Source: an uncultured Hyphomicrobiales bacterium (GTDB lineage: Bacteria; Bacteroidota; Ignavibacteria; Kapaibacteriales; UBA2268). Taken from it: a stretch of DNA of 64,000 bases. Under the pieces are notes generated by a model. That model worked only from the letters and a program-made list of their open reading frames with translations, was not told where the DNA came from and ran no database searches. The position numbers were made by a program, and so were the translations under genes. Below, in pieces: positions 55,710-64,000 of the stretch. Location of the stretch: assembly GCA_964465945.1 (NCBI GenBank), contig CAYXMM010000011.1, positions 16,702 through 80,701 of the forward strand. Reading direction: 5' to 3'. Every line of letters begins with the position of its first letter. The stretch's first letter is position 1.

Positions 55710-56918
55710 CTAAGCGTTAAGTTCTTTATTTTCTTTAAATACTATGGCTTTCCAAAAGGCAATATTTAAAAATAGTATAGAGATTGAAAGTAAAAGCACA
55801 CTAATAAAATTAGCCATATACATATTTTTAATTTCTAATATACTCAAAGAATTAATAAATAAGAACAATTCGCTGTTTAGAAATACAATTACAAAAATAA
55901 TAATATATTTCATAAAACTTGCACTTTTAATTATATAAATGTTAATCAAGTAGAGTAACAAGGGAGTGATTACACCTAAGAAATTCAAATGAAGAAATAA
56001 AATGATTAAAGGACGATTGCTATAAACTGCATTTGGAATGATAGGTGCTACGACTTGGCTTATCAATCTTGTAATAAATAATATAATTACCATAATTGCC
56101 ACGTAGCGACCAAGTTTGAAATCAAATTTTGGGGAAATGTGCTTACTTAATACGAATAGTTTAATAATTAAGAATAATTGAAGAGCCGAGCCAATAAATG
56201 CTATTATGTTTATAATGATATTTGGTTTTGAGAATAAAATTGATAGAGCGTAAGTCAGGATTATAGAGATTAGAAATAAATTTATATAGTTTTTTGGTAG
56301 AATAATTTTTAAGCTAATTTTATCCCAATAATTAATTAAAAACCCTAATATAGCAAGTAAAAAGAAGCCATTATATTGAAAATGTAAATAAAAATATATT
56401 GAACTATAATATAAATCAGAATATTTATAACCCATTGCTGATATTGGACCTAACATTATTGTTCCGAGATAGGAAATTGACATTAAGATATACCCAATTT
56501 TCAAAAGATATGTTCCTGGTAATGACTTGTCTGCATTTTTAATAAATCTCACGGCGAAATGAACAGTAGAGTATGCGTGAAGAGATAGAAAAGTAATTGC
56601 AAGTACTTTATAGCCCCAAATAAGTAAAGAACTTGCTATCATAATAGTAGCAAATTGAAATAAAAGAAAAAAAAGTTTATAGTTTAGAAATTTACAATTT
56701 TCAAGGACATTTGGGTATTGCTTTAATGTGATAATGTATATTATATTAAAAATCCACCCAAGAAAAGCAATATGAGAATGAGTTTGTAATAATCGTTCGT
56801 AATTCCAAACAATCTCACCCTCATAAAGCGGAATGTATCTCAATAAAACACCAAAGCAACTAACTACGAAAAAGAAGAAAAGAGATACCTTAGTGTAATT
56901 TTCTAAATCCTTTTTCAT
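55710..56918 (-). CDS. NnrS-family membrane protein (tentative)
   Basis: It is 402 aa with about 12 TM segments. The segment THSHIAFLGW resembles the NnrS HAHxMxFGW motif. It lies adjacent to ric. Confidence 0.45.
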   Translation of the reverse strand: MKKDLENYTKVSLFFFFVVSCFGVLLRYIPLYEGEIVWNYERLLQTHSHIAFLGWIFNIIYIITLKQYPNVLENCKFLNYKLFFLLFQFATIMIASSLLIWGYKVLAITFLSLHAYSTVHFAVRFIKNADKSLPGTYLLKIGYILMSISYLGTIMLGPISAMGYKYSDLYYSSIYFYLHFQYNGFFLLAILGFLINYWDKISLKIILPKNYINLFLISIILTYALSILFSKPNIIINIIAFIGSALQLFLIIKLFVLSKHISPKFDFKLGRYVAIMVIILFITRLISQVVAPIIPNAVYSNRPLIILFLHLNFLGVITPLLLYLINIYIIKSASFMKYIIIFVIVFLNSELFLFINSLSILEIKNMYMANFISVLLLSISILFLNIAFWKAIVFKENKELNA

Positions 56919-57634
56919 TAAGCAATGAATTCAATTCTTTTTTCGATTTCTATCGCTCTTGGAAATAGAATGTTATTTTCTTTATGTATATGTTGAAATA
57001 AATCATCTTGAAACTCTTTTAACTTACTATACAAGTATTTATATGAATTGCAAGCATCAGCTGGCGGAGTGTAATTATTTGTTAGTCTTTCAATTTTTTC
57101 AAATCTTTCACCTTCATCTGCGTGGTCTTTCATCATTCTTGCAATAGGATTATTCACAGTTACAAAGTGAGGTCTTGGAATTTGGTTTCCTTCTTTGTCC
57201 GCCTTTGTAATGAGGTTAATAAATGGAAACAATACATTTTCTTCCCTTTGCATGTGCATATTAAATTCATTTACACTATCGAAGTATAAGTATTTTATTT
57301 CTTTCAGTTCGGGGTGGGCTTCGCCATGGACTTCATAAACCTTTTTCACCAAAGGAGAAAGTATTTCGAAAGATTCTTTGACATATTTATGATGAGTATT
57401 TACAATATTGTCAATTAATTCAGCGTTCGAGAGATTAGAAAAATCTCCTTTATCATTTTCATTTAGAATTTCTTGAATTTGTTTAAGAATTTCTTCTTCA
57501 TTTAATTCTTTTTCTTTGACTACGTCAGAAAGTAATAAATTACCTTTACAACAAAAATCAATTTTATTTTTTGCAAATATATCCGCTGTTTTAATATTTT
57601 TTGCTACTATTTCGCCTACTGTCATATTTAACAT
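56918..57634 (-). CDS. ric: Iron-sulfur cluster repair di-iron protein (RIC/ScdA/YtfE family)
   Basis: The N terminus TVGEIVAKNIKTADIFAKNKIDFCCKG matches the ScdA_N domain. Hemerythrin-like His/Glu pairs lie downstream. Confidence 0.75.
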   Translation of the reverse strand: MLNMTVGEIVAKNIKTADIFAKNKIDFCCKGNLLLSDVVKEKELNEEEILKQIQEILNENDKGDFSNLSNAELIDNIVNTHHKYVKESFEILSPLVKKVYEVHGEAHPELKEIKYLYFDSVNEFNMHMQREENVLFPFINLITKADKEGNQIPRPHFVTVNNPIARMMKDHADEGERFEKIERLTNNYTPPADACNSYKYLYSKLKEFQDDLFQHIHKENNILFPRAIEIEKRIEFIA

Positions 57635-57741
57635 ATTGAAAATCCTCTTTTTTAATTAAGACCAAATTAATCGGTTTTATTTGTTATTAAAGACTATTTT
57701 ATCTTAATTATATTGTAAAAAAAAAAAATAAATTTAAAATT

Positions 57742-58920
57742 TTATAAAGAAATAGCCCCTAAACGAACTTTTCTTCTTGCTCCAGTTGCTGAGGGTAAGT
57801 TCCCATACATTCCGCCGATACTACGCCAAGCAATGTAAGCAAAGCCAATTGCTTCTTTTAAATCACCATTAATTCCAATAGTATCAATCATTTGTATTTC
57901 ATGATTAGATAAATATTTCTTTAATTGCCTTACTAATTCTGTATTTTTCCTGCCACCACCTGAGATATAAATTTTAGCATTAGTACTTATAAAATTATTT
58001 ATTGCATCTGAAATAGTTTTTGCTGTAAAATTACATAAAGTAGAAACGAAATCTTCATTGCTAATCTTCAATTCTTCTTTATACTCAATGATTTTATTAA
58101 AATATTCATCATTAAATTTCTCACGTCCTGTAGATTTGGGAGGTGGAGTTTTGAAAAATGTATCAGTTAGCAAATAGTTTAATAGCTCTATTTTAACATT
58201 CCCCGATTTTGCTATTTCACCATCTTTGTCATATTTTTTTCCAAAGAATTGGTTAACAGCTAAGTCAATTAGCATATTGCCTGGACCAGTATCAAAGCCA
58301 GTGATTTTCTCGTCATTTGCTTGCTTTGGAATATAGGTTAGATTAGAAATTCCTCCGATATTAAGGGCTATCACGTCTGTTGAAACATCTTTGAGAAAAT
58401 GATAGTCAAAAATTGGGATTAATGGAGCGCCATTTCCTCCTAACGCAATATCATTTGCTCGGAAATCATAGACTACTGGAATTTCTAAAATACTTGAAAG
58501 TGTTGTCCCTGAAACGGATTGATAAGTATGAGATAAATCAAAATTAAATAAGTTTTCTTTTTTTGGTTCGTGCCAAAGAGTTTGTCCGTGAACTGAAATG
58601 GCATCAATTTTATCTTTAATTTCAAATTCTTTAATTAAAGTTTTAATTGCTTCTGCAATTAGATTTGAGTATGCAACTTGAAATAAAGAGTAGTCTGCAA
58701 TTCTATTTTTCTTGTTGATTAATTTAAGGACGTGGTTTCTATATTTTACAGGAAATTTATATTCTCTCCCAGCGACTAAATTAAAAGAGTGTTCTCCCCT
58801 GTTGTTATTTTCAAACTTCACAAAAGCAATATCAATAGAATCAAGTGAGGTGCCTGTCATCACACCGCAAATAAGACGTGGCTTAACAAACCAAATTTTG
58901 CTATTTAGTAAATCACCCAT
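57742..58920 (-). CDS. anmK: Anhydro-N-acetylmuramic acid kinase
   Basis: The segment GVMTGTSLDSIDIAF matches AnmK across its length. Confidence 0.8.
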   Translation of the reverse strand: MGDLLNSKIWFVKPRLICGVMTGTSLDSIDIAFVKFENNNRGEHSFNLVAGREYKFPVKYRNHVLKLINKKNRIADYSLFQVAYSNLIAEAIKTLIKEFEIKDKIDAISVHGQTLWHEPKKENLFNFDLSHTYQSVSGTTLSSILEIPVVYDFRANDIALGGNGAPLIPIFDYHFLKDVSTDVIALNIGGISNLTYIPKQANDEKITGFDTGPGNMLIDLAVNQFFGKKYDKDGEIAKSGNVKIELLNYLLTDTFFKTPPPKSTGREKFNDEYFNKIIEYKEELKISNEDFVSTLCNFTAKTISDAINNFISTNAKIYISGGGRKNTELVRQLKKYLSNHEIQMIDTIGINGDLKEAIGFAYIAWRSIGGMYGNLPSATGARRKVRLGAISL

Positions 58921-60029
58921 TAAACATTAAATCTAAAATGACAGACGTCTCCGTCTTTAACAATATATTCTTTACCTTCAATTCTTAATTTACCAGCATC
59001 TTTAATTCCTTGTTCACTTCCAAACTTAAATAAATCTTCGCAATGATAAACTTCTGCTTTGATAAACCCACGTTCAAAATCTGTGTGAATAACTCCTGCT
59101 GCTTGTGGTGCAGTTGAACCTTCTTTAAAAGTCCATGCTCTAACTTCTTTTTCACCTGCTGTGAAGTAAGTTTTTAAATTTAAAATATCATAACCCTTTT
59201 TGACAAGTTTATCAAGTCCAGATTCCTCTAAGCCCAAGTCTTTTAAGAACTCTGCTTTTTCTTCTGGAGTGTCTAATTTAGAAATTTCGGCTTCCATTTG
59301 AGCAGATATGACAACTACTTCGGAACCGTTATCGGCAGCAATTTTCTTTACAATTTCAACGTATTGATTATCACTATTAATGCTATTTTCATCAACATTA
59401 CAACAATAAACTTGTTTCTTTAATGTTATAAGATGTAAATCTCTTATTAACTCTAATTCTTCAGGTTCAAGTTCTAACATTCTTGCTGGTTTTCCTGCAC
59501 CAAGGCAATCAGAGAGTTTTTCAAGAATTGGTTCTTGTTCTTTAGCTTTTTCGGCTACTTTTTTGTCTTGAGAGCGAATAAATTTTTGATTTTTATCTTT
59601 TCTTGAAAGCACTGATTCGTAATCAGCATAAGCAAGTTCTGTTTCAATGGTGTCAATATCGCGTTTTGGGTCAATATTTCCTTCCACGTGAATAATATTA
59701 TCGTCGTCAAAGCATCTAACTACATGAACTATAGCTCCTACTTGTCTAATATTGCCTAAGAATTTATTTCCTAATCCCTCGCCTTTTGAAGCGCCTTTTA
59801 CAAGACCTGCTATATCAACAAATTCAACGATAGTTGGAATTGTTTTTTGCGGTTTAATAAATTGAGTAATTTTCTTTAACCTAATATCTGGGACTTCAAC
59901 AATTCCGACGTTTGGCTCGATAGTGCAAAAAGGATAGTTAGCAGCTTCGGCTGGAGCAGAAGTAATTGCTTGAAATAAAGTAGATTTTCCGACATTTGGG
60001 AGACCAACAATTCCGCAGTTCAATGACAT
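58920..60029 (-). CDS. ychF: Ribosome-binding ATPase YchF
   Basis: It has the P-loop [14 protein letters not shown] and a C-terminal TGS domain. Confidence 0.9.
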   Translation of the reverse strand: MSLNCGIVGLPNVGKSTLFQAITSAPAEAANYPFCTIEPNVGIVEVPDIRLKKITQFIKPQKTIPTIVEFVDIAGLVKGASKGEGLGNKFLGNIRQVGAIVHVVRCFDDDNIIHVEGNIDPKRDIDTIETELAYADYESVLSRKDKNQKFIRSQDKKVAEKAKEQEPILEKLSDCLGAGKPARMLELEPEELELIRDLHLITLKKQVYCCNVDENSINSDNQYVEIVKKIAADNGSEVVVISAQMEAEISKLDTPEEKAEFLKDLGLEESGLDKLVKKGYDILNLKTYFTAGEKEVRAWTFKEGSTAPQAAGVIHTDFERGFIKAEVYHCEDLFKFGSEQGIKDAGKLRIEGKEYIVKDGDVCHFRFNV

Positions 60030-60140
60030 ATTAATTCAATATTATAATTTATAAAACTGCAAAATTAAGATATTTTTGTCTATCACTCAAATATAATAAT
60101 TTATATATCAAATATGATTATGATTTGTTAGGATTGAGAA

Positions 60141-61541
60141 TTAATGACCAGATTTTTTCACACGATAATTGCTTACTTCTATATTGTATTTTCTAATTTT
60201 ACTATGCAGTGTTTCACGTGACACTCCTAGTTTTGCGGCTGCTTTTGAAACATTTCCATTTGTTAAAGAAAGAGTAGCTTCGACTTTCTTTTTATCTACT
60301 TCTTCAATATCTTCTTTTAATGTTCTGATATCTTCAAAACTAGATGAATGGTGAACTTTATTTCTGCTTTCGAGATGCAATGTTTTATGCAAATCAGCAA
60401 CTTCAATTACTTCTTTTTGGATAGTTTGCAGAGAAAGTTTTAAACTTGAAATTAATTCTCTTATATTACCAGACCAGTTTTGTTCTGTTAAATATTCAAT
60501 TGAAGATGGGGAGAAAACTTTTTGTTCAGAGAACATTTCGTTGTGTGATTTTAGATAATAATCGCATATATCTGGAATATCTTCTTTCCTTTCTCTCAAA
60601 GGTCTTAAATGTATTTCACATTCGCGAAGACGATGATATAGCTGCTCTCGGTATTTATTATCTTTTATTGCGTTTAACAAATTTTTATCTGTTGCAGAAA
60701 TGAATCTAATATCAATAGTTTCAGTTTCAATTGCACCAACTCTTCTAATTGTCCTGTCTTCAATTGGTAAGAGTAAATTTGATTGGAGTTCAATTGGTAA
60801 ATCACCAATTTCGTCTAAAAATAGTGTTCCTTTGTTTGCTTGGTGGAAAAGTCCTTTTTTGTTATCAATCGCTCCAGAGAATGATCCTTTAATATGTCCG
60901 AAGAGTTCGGATTGGAAAAGGTCGTGAGGAATATTGGGGATATCAACGGTAACAAATGCTTGTCGACTTCTACGGCTGATACTATGTAATGCTTTTGCAA
61001 CAAGTTTTTTCCCAGTTCCAGTTTCACCTGTAATTAAAACATTTAGTTCGGTTCTACCAAATCTTATTATGTTATCACCAAGTTCGACCATAGTTTTACT
61101 TGAACCAATAATTCCATTTGCAGTTAAGAACTTTTGAATTTCTTGAGCTTCGATATTGTCTTTGTCGTTAAGACCAATAACTGAATTAATAACTTCAAAG
61201 ATTTTGTCTTTTGAAATTAGGGATTTTTCAATAAAATTAGATGCTCCAAATTTTGTGGCTTTAACAGCAGTTTCTATTGTGCCTTTGCCAGAAATCATAA
61301 TAGCTGGGATTTGAGGAAAGTTTTTACGACTAAAATCAAGAATATCAAGTCCATTTTTTTCTTCGCCTGGACCAAACTCAATGTCTAACAATAATAGAGC
61401 GATTTTGCTGTTATTATTTGATATATAATTTATAGTTGATTCTGGGTCATTAAAGGTGACGGTTTCGAAATTAAATGAATCTACAATTTCTGCAAGTGTA
61501 GAGCAGAAGTGTTTGTTATCATCAGCGATTAATATCTTCAT
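60141..61541 (-). CDS. Sigma-54-dependent response regulator (NtrC family)
   Basis: It consists of a REC domain, an AAA+ domain with GETGTGKKLVAKALH and a GAFTGA-like region, and a C-terminal Fis-type helix-turn-helix. Confidence 0.85.
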   Translation of the reverse strand: MKILIADDNKHFCSTLAEIVDSFNFETVTFNDPESTINYISNNNSKIALLLLDIEFGPGEEKNGLDILDFSRKNFPQIPAIMISGKGTIETAVKATKFGASNFIEKSLISKDKIFEVINSVIGLNDKDNIEAQEIQKFLTANGIIGSSKTMVELGDNIIRFGRTELNVLITGETGTGKKLVAKALHSISRRSRQAFVTVDIPNIPHDLFQSELFGHIKGSFSGAIDNKKGLFHQANKGTLFLDEIGDLPIELQSNLLLPIEDRTIRRVGAIETETIDIRFISATDKNLLNAIKDNKYREQLYHRLRECEIHLRPLRERKEDIPDICDYYLKSHNEMFSEQKVFSPSSIEYLTEQNWSGNIRELISSLKLSLQTIQKEVIEVADLHKTLHLESRNKVHHSSSFEDIRTLKEDIEEVDKKKVEATLSLTNGNVSKAAAKLGVSRETLHSKIRKYNIEVSNYRVKKSGH

Positions 61542-61546
61542 AATTT

Positions 61547-62056
61547 TTAGTCTTTAAATTCAAAATTAAAATATGTTTTTTTACCATCTTGGTCAGATGG
61601 CAATGCTTTATTAAGTTTTTTAAAAATCTCTCTAAATCCTTTTGAGCCAATTGTTTCGTAGTTAGGGTTCCATATTGCTCTAAAATTATAGTTCATATCA
61701 GGGTTATCAAAAGTGATAAAAGCATTTGTGTCCGCTGGTACATTCAGAGTTTGTGTTTTGATAATTTCTTTGTTGATGCTGAAATATAAATCGCAATACT
61801 CTTCTTTGCTTAGGGTTAAAAGTAAAGATTCGTCAACTTTATTCTTATCAATAAGGAAGCACTGTCCTTTTGTATCTAGTTTAAATCCATATAGTTCTTT
61901 TGATTCAGCGATATAAAATCCCCACTTAATCTCAATGTTTTTGGACTTTTCGTTAATACAAGGATGATTGGTGTAAAAATCCTTTTTAAACAATGAGCAA
62001 GAGGAAATTAGAATCGCTAAAAAAATAAAATATATACTAGATCTCACCATTTTCAA
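61547..62056 (-). CDS. Hypothetical lipoprotein
   Basis: It has a signal peptide with the lipobox ISSC. It overlaps the gltX start by 20 nt. Confidence 0.45.
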   Translation of the reverse strand: MKMVRSSIYFIFLAILISSCSLFKKDFYTNHPCINEKSKNIEIKWGFYIAESKELYGFKLDTKGQCFLIDKNKVDESLLLTLSKEEYCDLYFSINKEIIKTQTLNVPADTNAFITFDNPDMNYNFRAIWNPNYETIGSKGFREIFKKLNKALPSDQDGKKTYFNFEFKD

Positions 62057-63497
62057 CTTTCTTTAAAAATAACTGAATTCTTTCAATACTTTCTTGTTTT
62101 CCTAATATGAGCATAGTTTCAAACATACCAGCACCAACGGCTTTACCTGTTATAATTAATCTAAGTGGATTCATTAATTTACCGAATCCAATACCTTTAG
62201 CTCCTAAATAATCTTCAACTTTTTTATGTAAAGCATTATATTCCCATTCTTCTGCATCTTTAAAGATTTGAAGTATATCATTAATTAATTCGGGCGTTTC
62301 TGCTTTCCATTGTTTCGCTTTATACTCTAAGTCATAAGAAACAGGTTTTGCCCACATATAGTCAGCAAAATCAATTAAATCAATAGCAAAATGAATTCTT
62401 TCTTTCAGTAAGTCAATAACTTTAAGAATATATTCTTTGCTTTGATTTATATTACTTTCTTTTAAATTTGCTTCAAGCATTGAATAAATTTCTTCGGCTG
62501 ATTGTTTTCTAAGATAAATTGAATTCATCCAGAGTAATTTAGGTCTATCGAAAATAGCACCACCTTTATTAACTTTTTCAAGGTTAAAATGTTCAATCAA
62601 ATAATCCATAGAATGAATTTCATTATCACCGGAAGGATTCCAACCCAGCAAGGCAACAAAGTTTACAAATGCTTCTTTAATATATCCTTTAGTTTTGAAG
62701 TCTTCAACAGCCACATCTCCATGTCGCTTTGATAATTTTGTTTTGTTATTATTTAAAAGTAATGGAAGGTGAGCGAATTGAGGCATATCCCACCCAAATG
62801 ATTTATATAATAACACGTGCTTAGGAGTAGAAGGTAGCCATTCTTCTCCGCGGATAACGTGAGTGATTTCCATTAAATGATCATCTACTACATTTGCCAA
62901 GTGATAAGTAGGAAATCCATCAGATTTTAGAAGAATTTGGTCGTCAACGTCTTTTGTTTTAACACTGACATCGCCTCGAATAATATCTTTAAATTTAACT
63001 TCTTCATTGAATGGAACTTTTAGGCGGATTACATATTCAATGCCGTTATTTATTAGATTTTGAGTTTCTTGTTCGCCTAAAGTATATTGATTTTTCATAG
63101 AAGTTCTGTCATACTTAGGTGCTATACCTGCTTGCTTTTGTCTTTCACGCATTGCTTCGATTTCTTCTGGGGTATCAAAAGCATAATATGCGGTGCCGTT
63201 TTGAATTAGTTGTTCAGCATATTTTGCGTATAGATCAAATCTTTCGCTTTGAATGTATGGTCCGAAATCGCCACCGAATCCTGGTCCTTCGTCGAAGGTA
63301 ATGCCTGCCCATTCAAGAGATTTAATTAAATTTTCTTGTGCGTTTTCTACAAGTCTTGTTCTATCAGTATCTTCAATTCTCAAAATCATTTTGCCACCTT
63401 GATTGCGAGCGAACAGGTAATTATATAGTGCTGTTCTTAAACCACCTACGTGTAAGTATCCTGTTGGTGAAGGTGCAAATCTAACTCTAACAGACAT
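62037..63497 (-). CDS. gltX: Glutamate--tRNA ligase
   Basis: It carries the HIGH motif RFAPSPTGYLHVGG and the KMSKS variant KLSKR. Confidence 0.9.
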   Translation of the reverse strand: MSVRVRFAPSPTGYLHVGGLRTALYNYLFARNQGGKMILRIEDTDRTRLVENAQENLIKSLEWAGITFDEGPGFGGDFGPYIQSERFDLYAKYAEQLIQNGTAYYAFDTPEEIEAMRERQKQAGIAPKYDRTSMKNQYTLGEQETQNLINNGIEYVIRLKVPFNEEVKFKDIIRGDVSVKTKDVDDQILLKSDGFPTYHLANVVDDHLMEITHVIRGEEWLPSTPKHVLLYKSFGWDMPQFAHLPLLLNNNKTKLSKRHGDVAVEDFKTKGYIKEAFVNFVALLGWNPSGDNEIHSMDYLIEHFNLEKVNKGGAIFDRPKLLWMNSIYLRKQSAEEIYSMLEANLKESNINQSKEYILKVIDLLKERIHFAIDLIDFADYMWAKPVSYDLEYKAKQWKAETPELINDILQIFKDAEEWEYNALHKKVEDYLGAKGIGFGKLMNPLRLIITGKAVGAGMFETMLILGKQESIERIQLFLKKVENGEI

Positions 63498-63646
63498 TTT
63501 ATTCCTTTGTTTTTAATATAATTCAATTTAAAGATTATAAACGTAAAAAAATAGTAAAATTTATGTCATTTTACTATTTTAGTTACAAAATTAAGAAATT
63601 TAGAGATGAATTGTGTAGATTTCTTTACAATATTGAGGTTATTTGC

Positions 63647-64000
63647 TTATTTTTTCTTTTCTTTATCCTTATTTACTTGTTTTATATCTTTAGCTTCATA
63701 AGTTTGTTGGTCAGTATTTACAGGAGGAGTTGTAACTCTTCCTATTTGGACTTTTTTACTTTTAATATCAATTCGAGTGGAAAGTTTAGAAGATTGAATA
63801 AAGTGTTGAGTCCAGCCGGCTAAATCTCCATAAAGTAAAGTTGTTGCTATATCTGTTGGGGTTGGTAAGTATCCAATTTCATCTGTATGGGTATGGTATG
63901 ATTGGGTGAAGAGAGTATCTTTAGCATAAGGAACAGGAATTATTGTCTTATGATAGTCGGTAACTTTAGTTATTTTATAATTTTCATCCATATCTAAGCA
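63647..64000 (-). CDS. Hypothetical protein, partial; it may continue past the window end
   Basis: An ORF of more than 114 aa with a Lys-rich C terminus. No family was recognised. Confidence 0.3.
   Translation of the reverse strand, partial: CLDMDENYKITKVTDYHKTIIPVPYAKDTLFTQSYHTHTDEIGYLPTPTDIATTLLYGDLAGWTQHFIQSSKLSTRIDIKSKKVQIGRVTTPPVNTDQQTYEAKDIKQVNKDKEKKK

Noticed and set aside
1-64000. Prophage or integrative-element content (integrase, transposase, phage structural genes)
   Set aside because: No ORF in any frame shows integrase, transposase, terminase or capsid-like motifs. The accessory regions lack recognisable mobility genes.

Overview
This is a 64-kb chromosomal window from a very AT-rich Gram-negative bacterium; the AT-richness is judged by eye because no GC content was computed. 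The gene content looks like the FCB group (Bacteroidota, Ignavibacteria or Chlorobi-like): a TonB-dependent receptor next to a DUF4249 lipoprotein, LptE and LptF/G, PpiD, MreB/MreC, a sigma-54 NtrC-type regulator and a glycosyltransferase family 9 enzyme. Most of the window is densely packed housekeeping genes: kdsA, ispF, pgi/pmi, mlaE, dacB, tsaE, trxB, queG, purM, rpsD, ppiD, dprA, mreBC, anmK, ychF, gltX, ric, a tRNA-Phe gene and an LPS/polysaccharide cluster. Four accessory regions stand out.
(1) Positions 0.7-6.3 kb appear to be an AT-richer island lying between a partial M16 peptidase gene and kdsA. It holds two blocks of a composite hairpin-rich repeat that bracket a ParE-type toxin-antitoxin pair, followed by a tightly coupled 4-gene operon. 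The operon encodes a helical protein, a TM-less SPFH/Band-7 protein with a C-terminal SHOCT domain, a double-zinc-ribbon protein with a hydrophobic C-terminal anchor module, and a ComEC-type MBL-fold hydrolase with a Cys/His-rich knuckle. I regard this operon as the best candidate in the window for an undescribed membrane-stress or defence system.
(2) Positions 51.2-53.0 kb carry an EcoRI-type restriction-modification locus. The methyltransferase is intact and strikingly close to M.EcoRI as recalled from memory. The R.EcoRI homologue is broken by two -1 frameshifts in poly-A runs.
(3) Positions 33.2-34.3 kb hold a roughly 1-kb cassette bounded by perfect 27-bp direct repeats. It contains two small ORFs and a DUF2188 gene with an in-frame TGA.
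(4) A HicB-like small protein is translationally coupled to a CPBP (Abi) intramembrane protease at 18.1-19.1 kb.
A third copy of the repeat family sits beside tRNA-Phe. No CRISPR array, rRNA gene, transposase or integrase gene was found.
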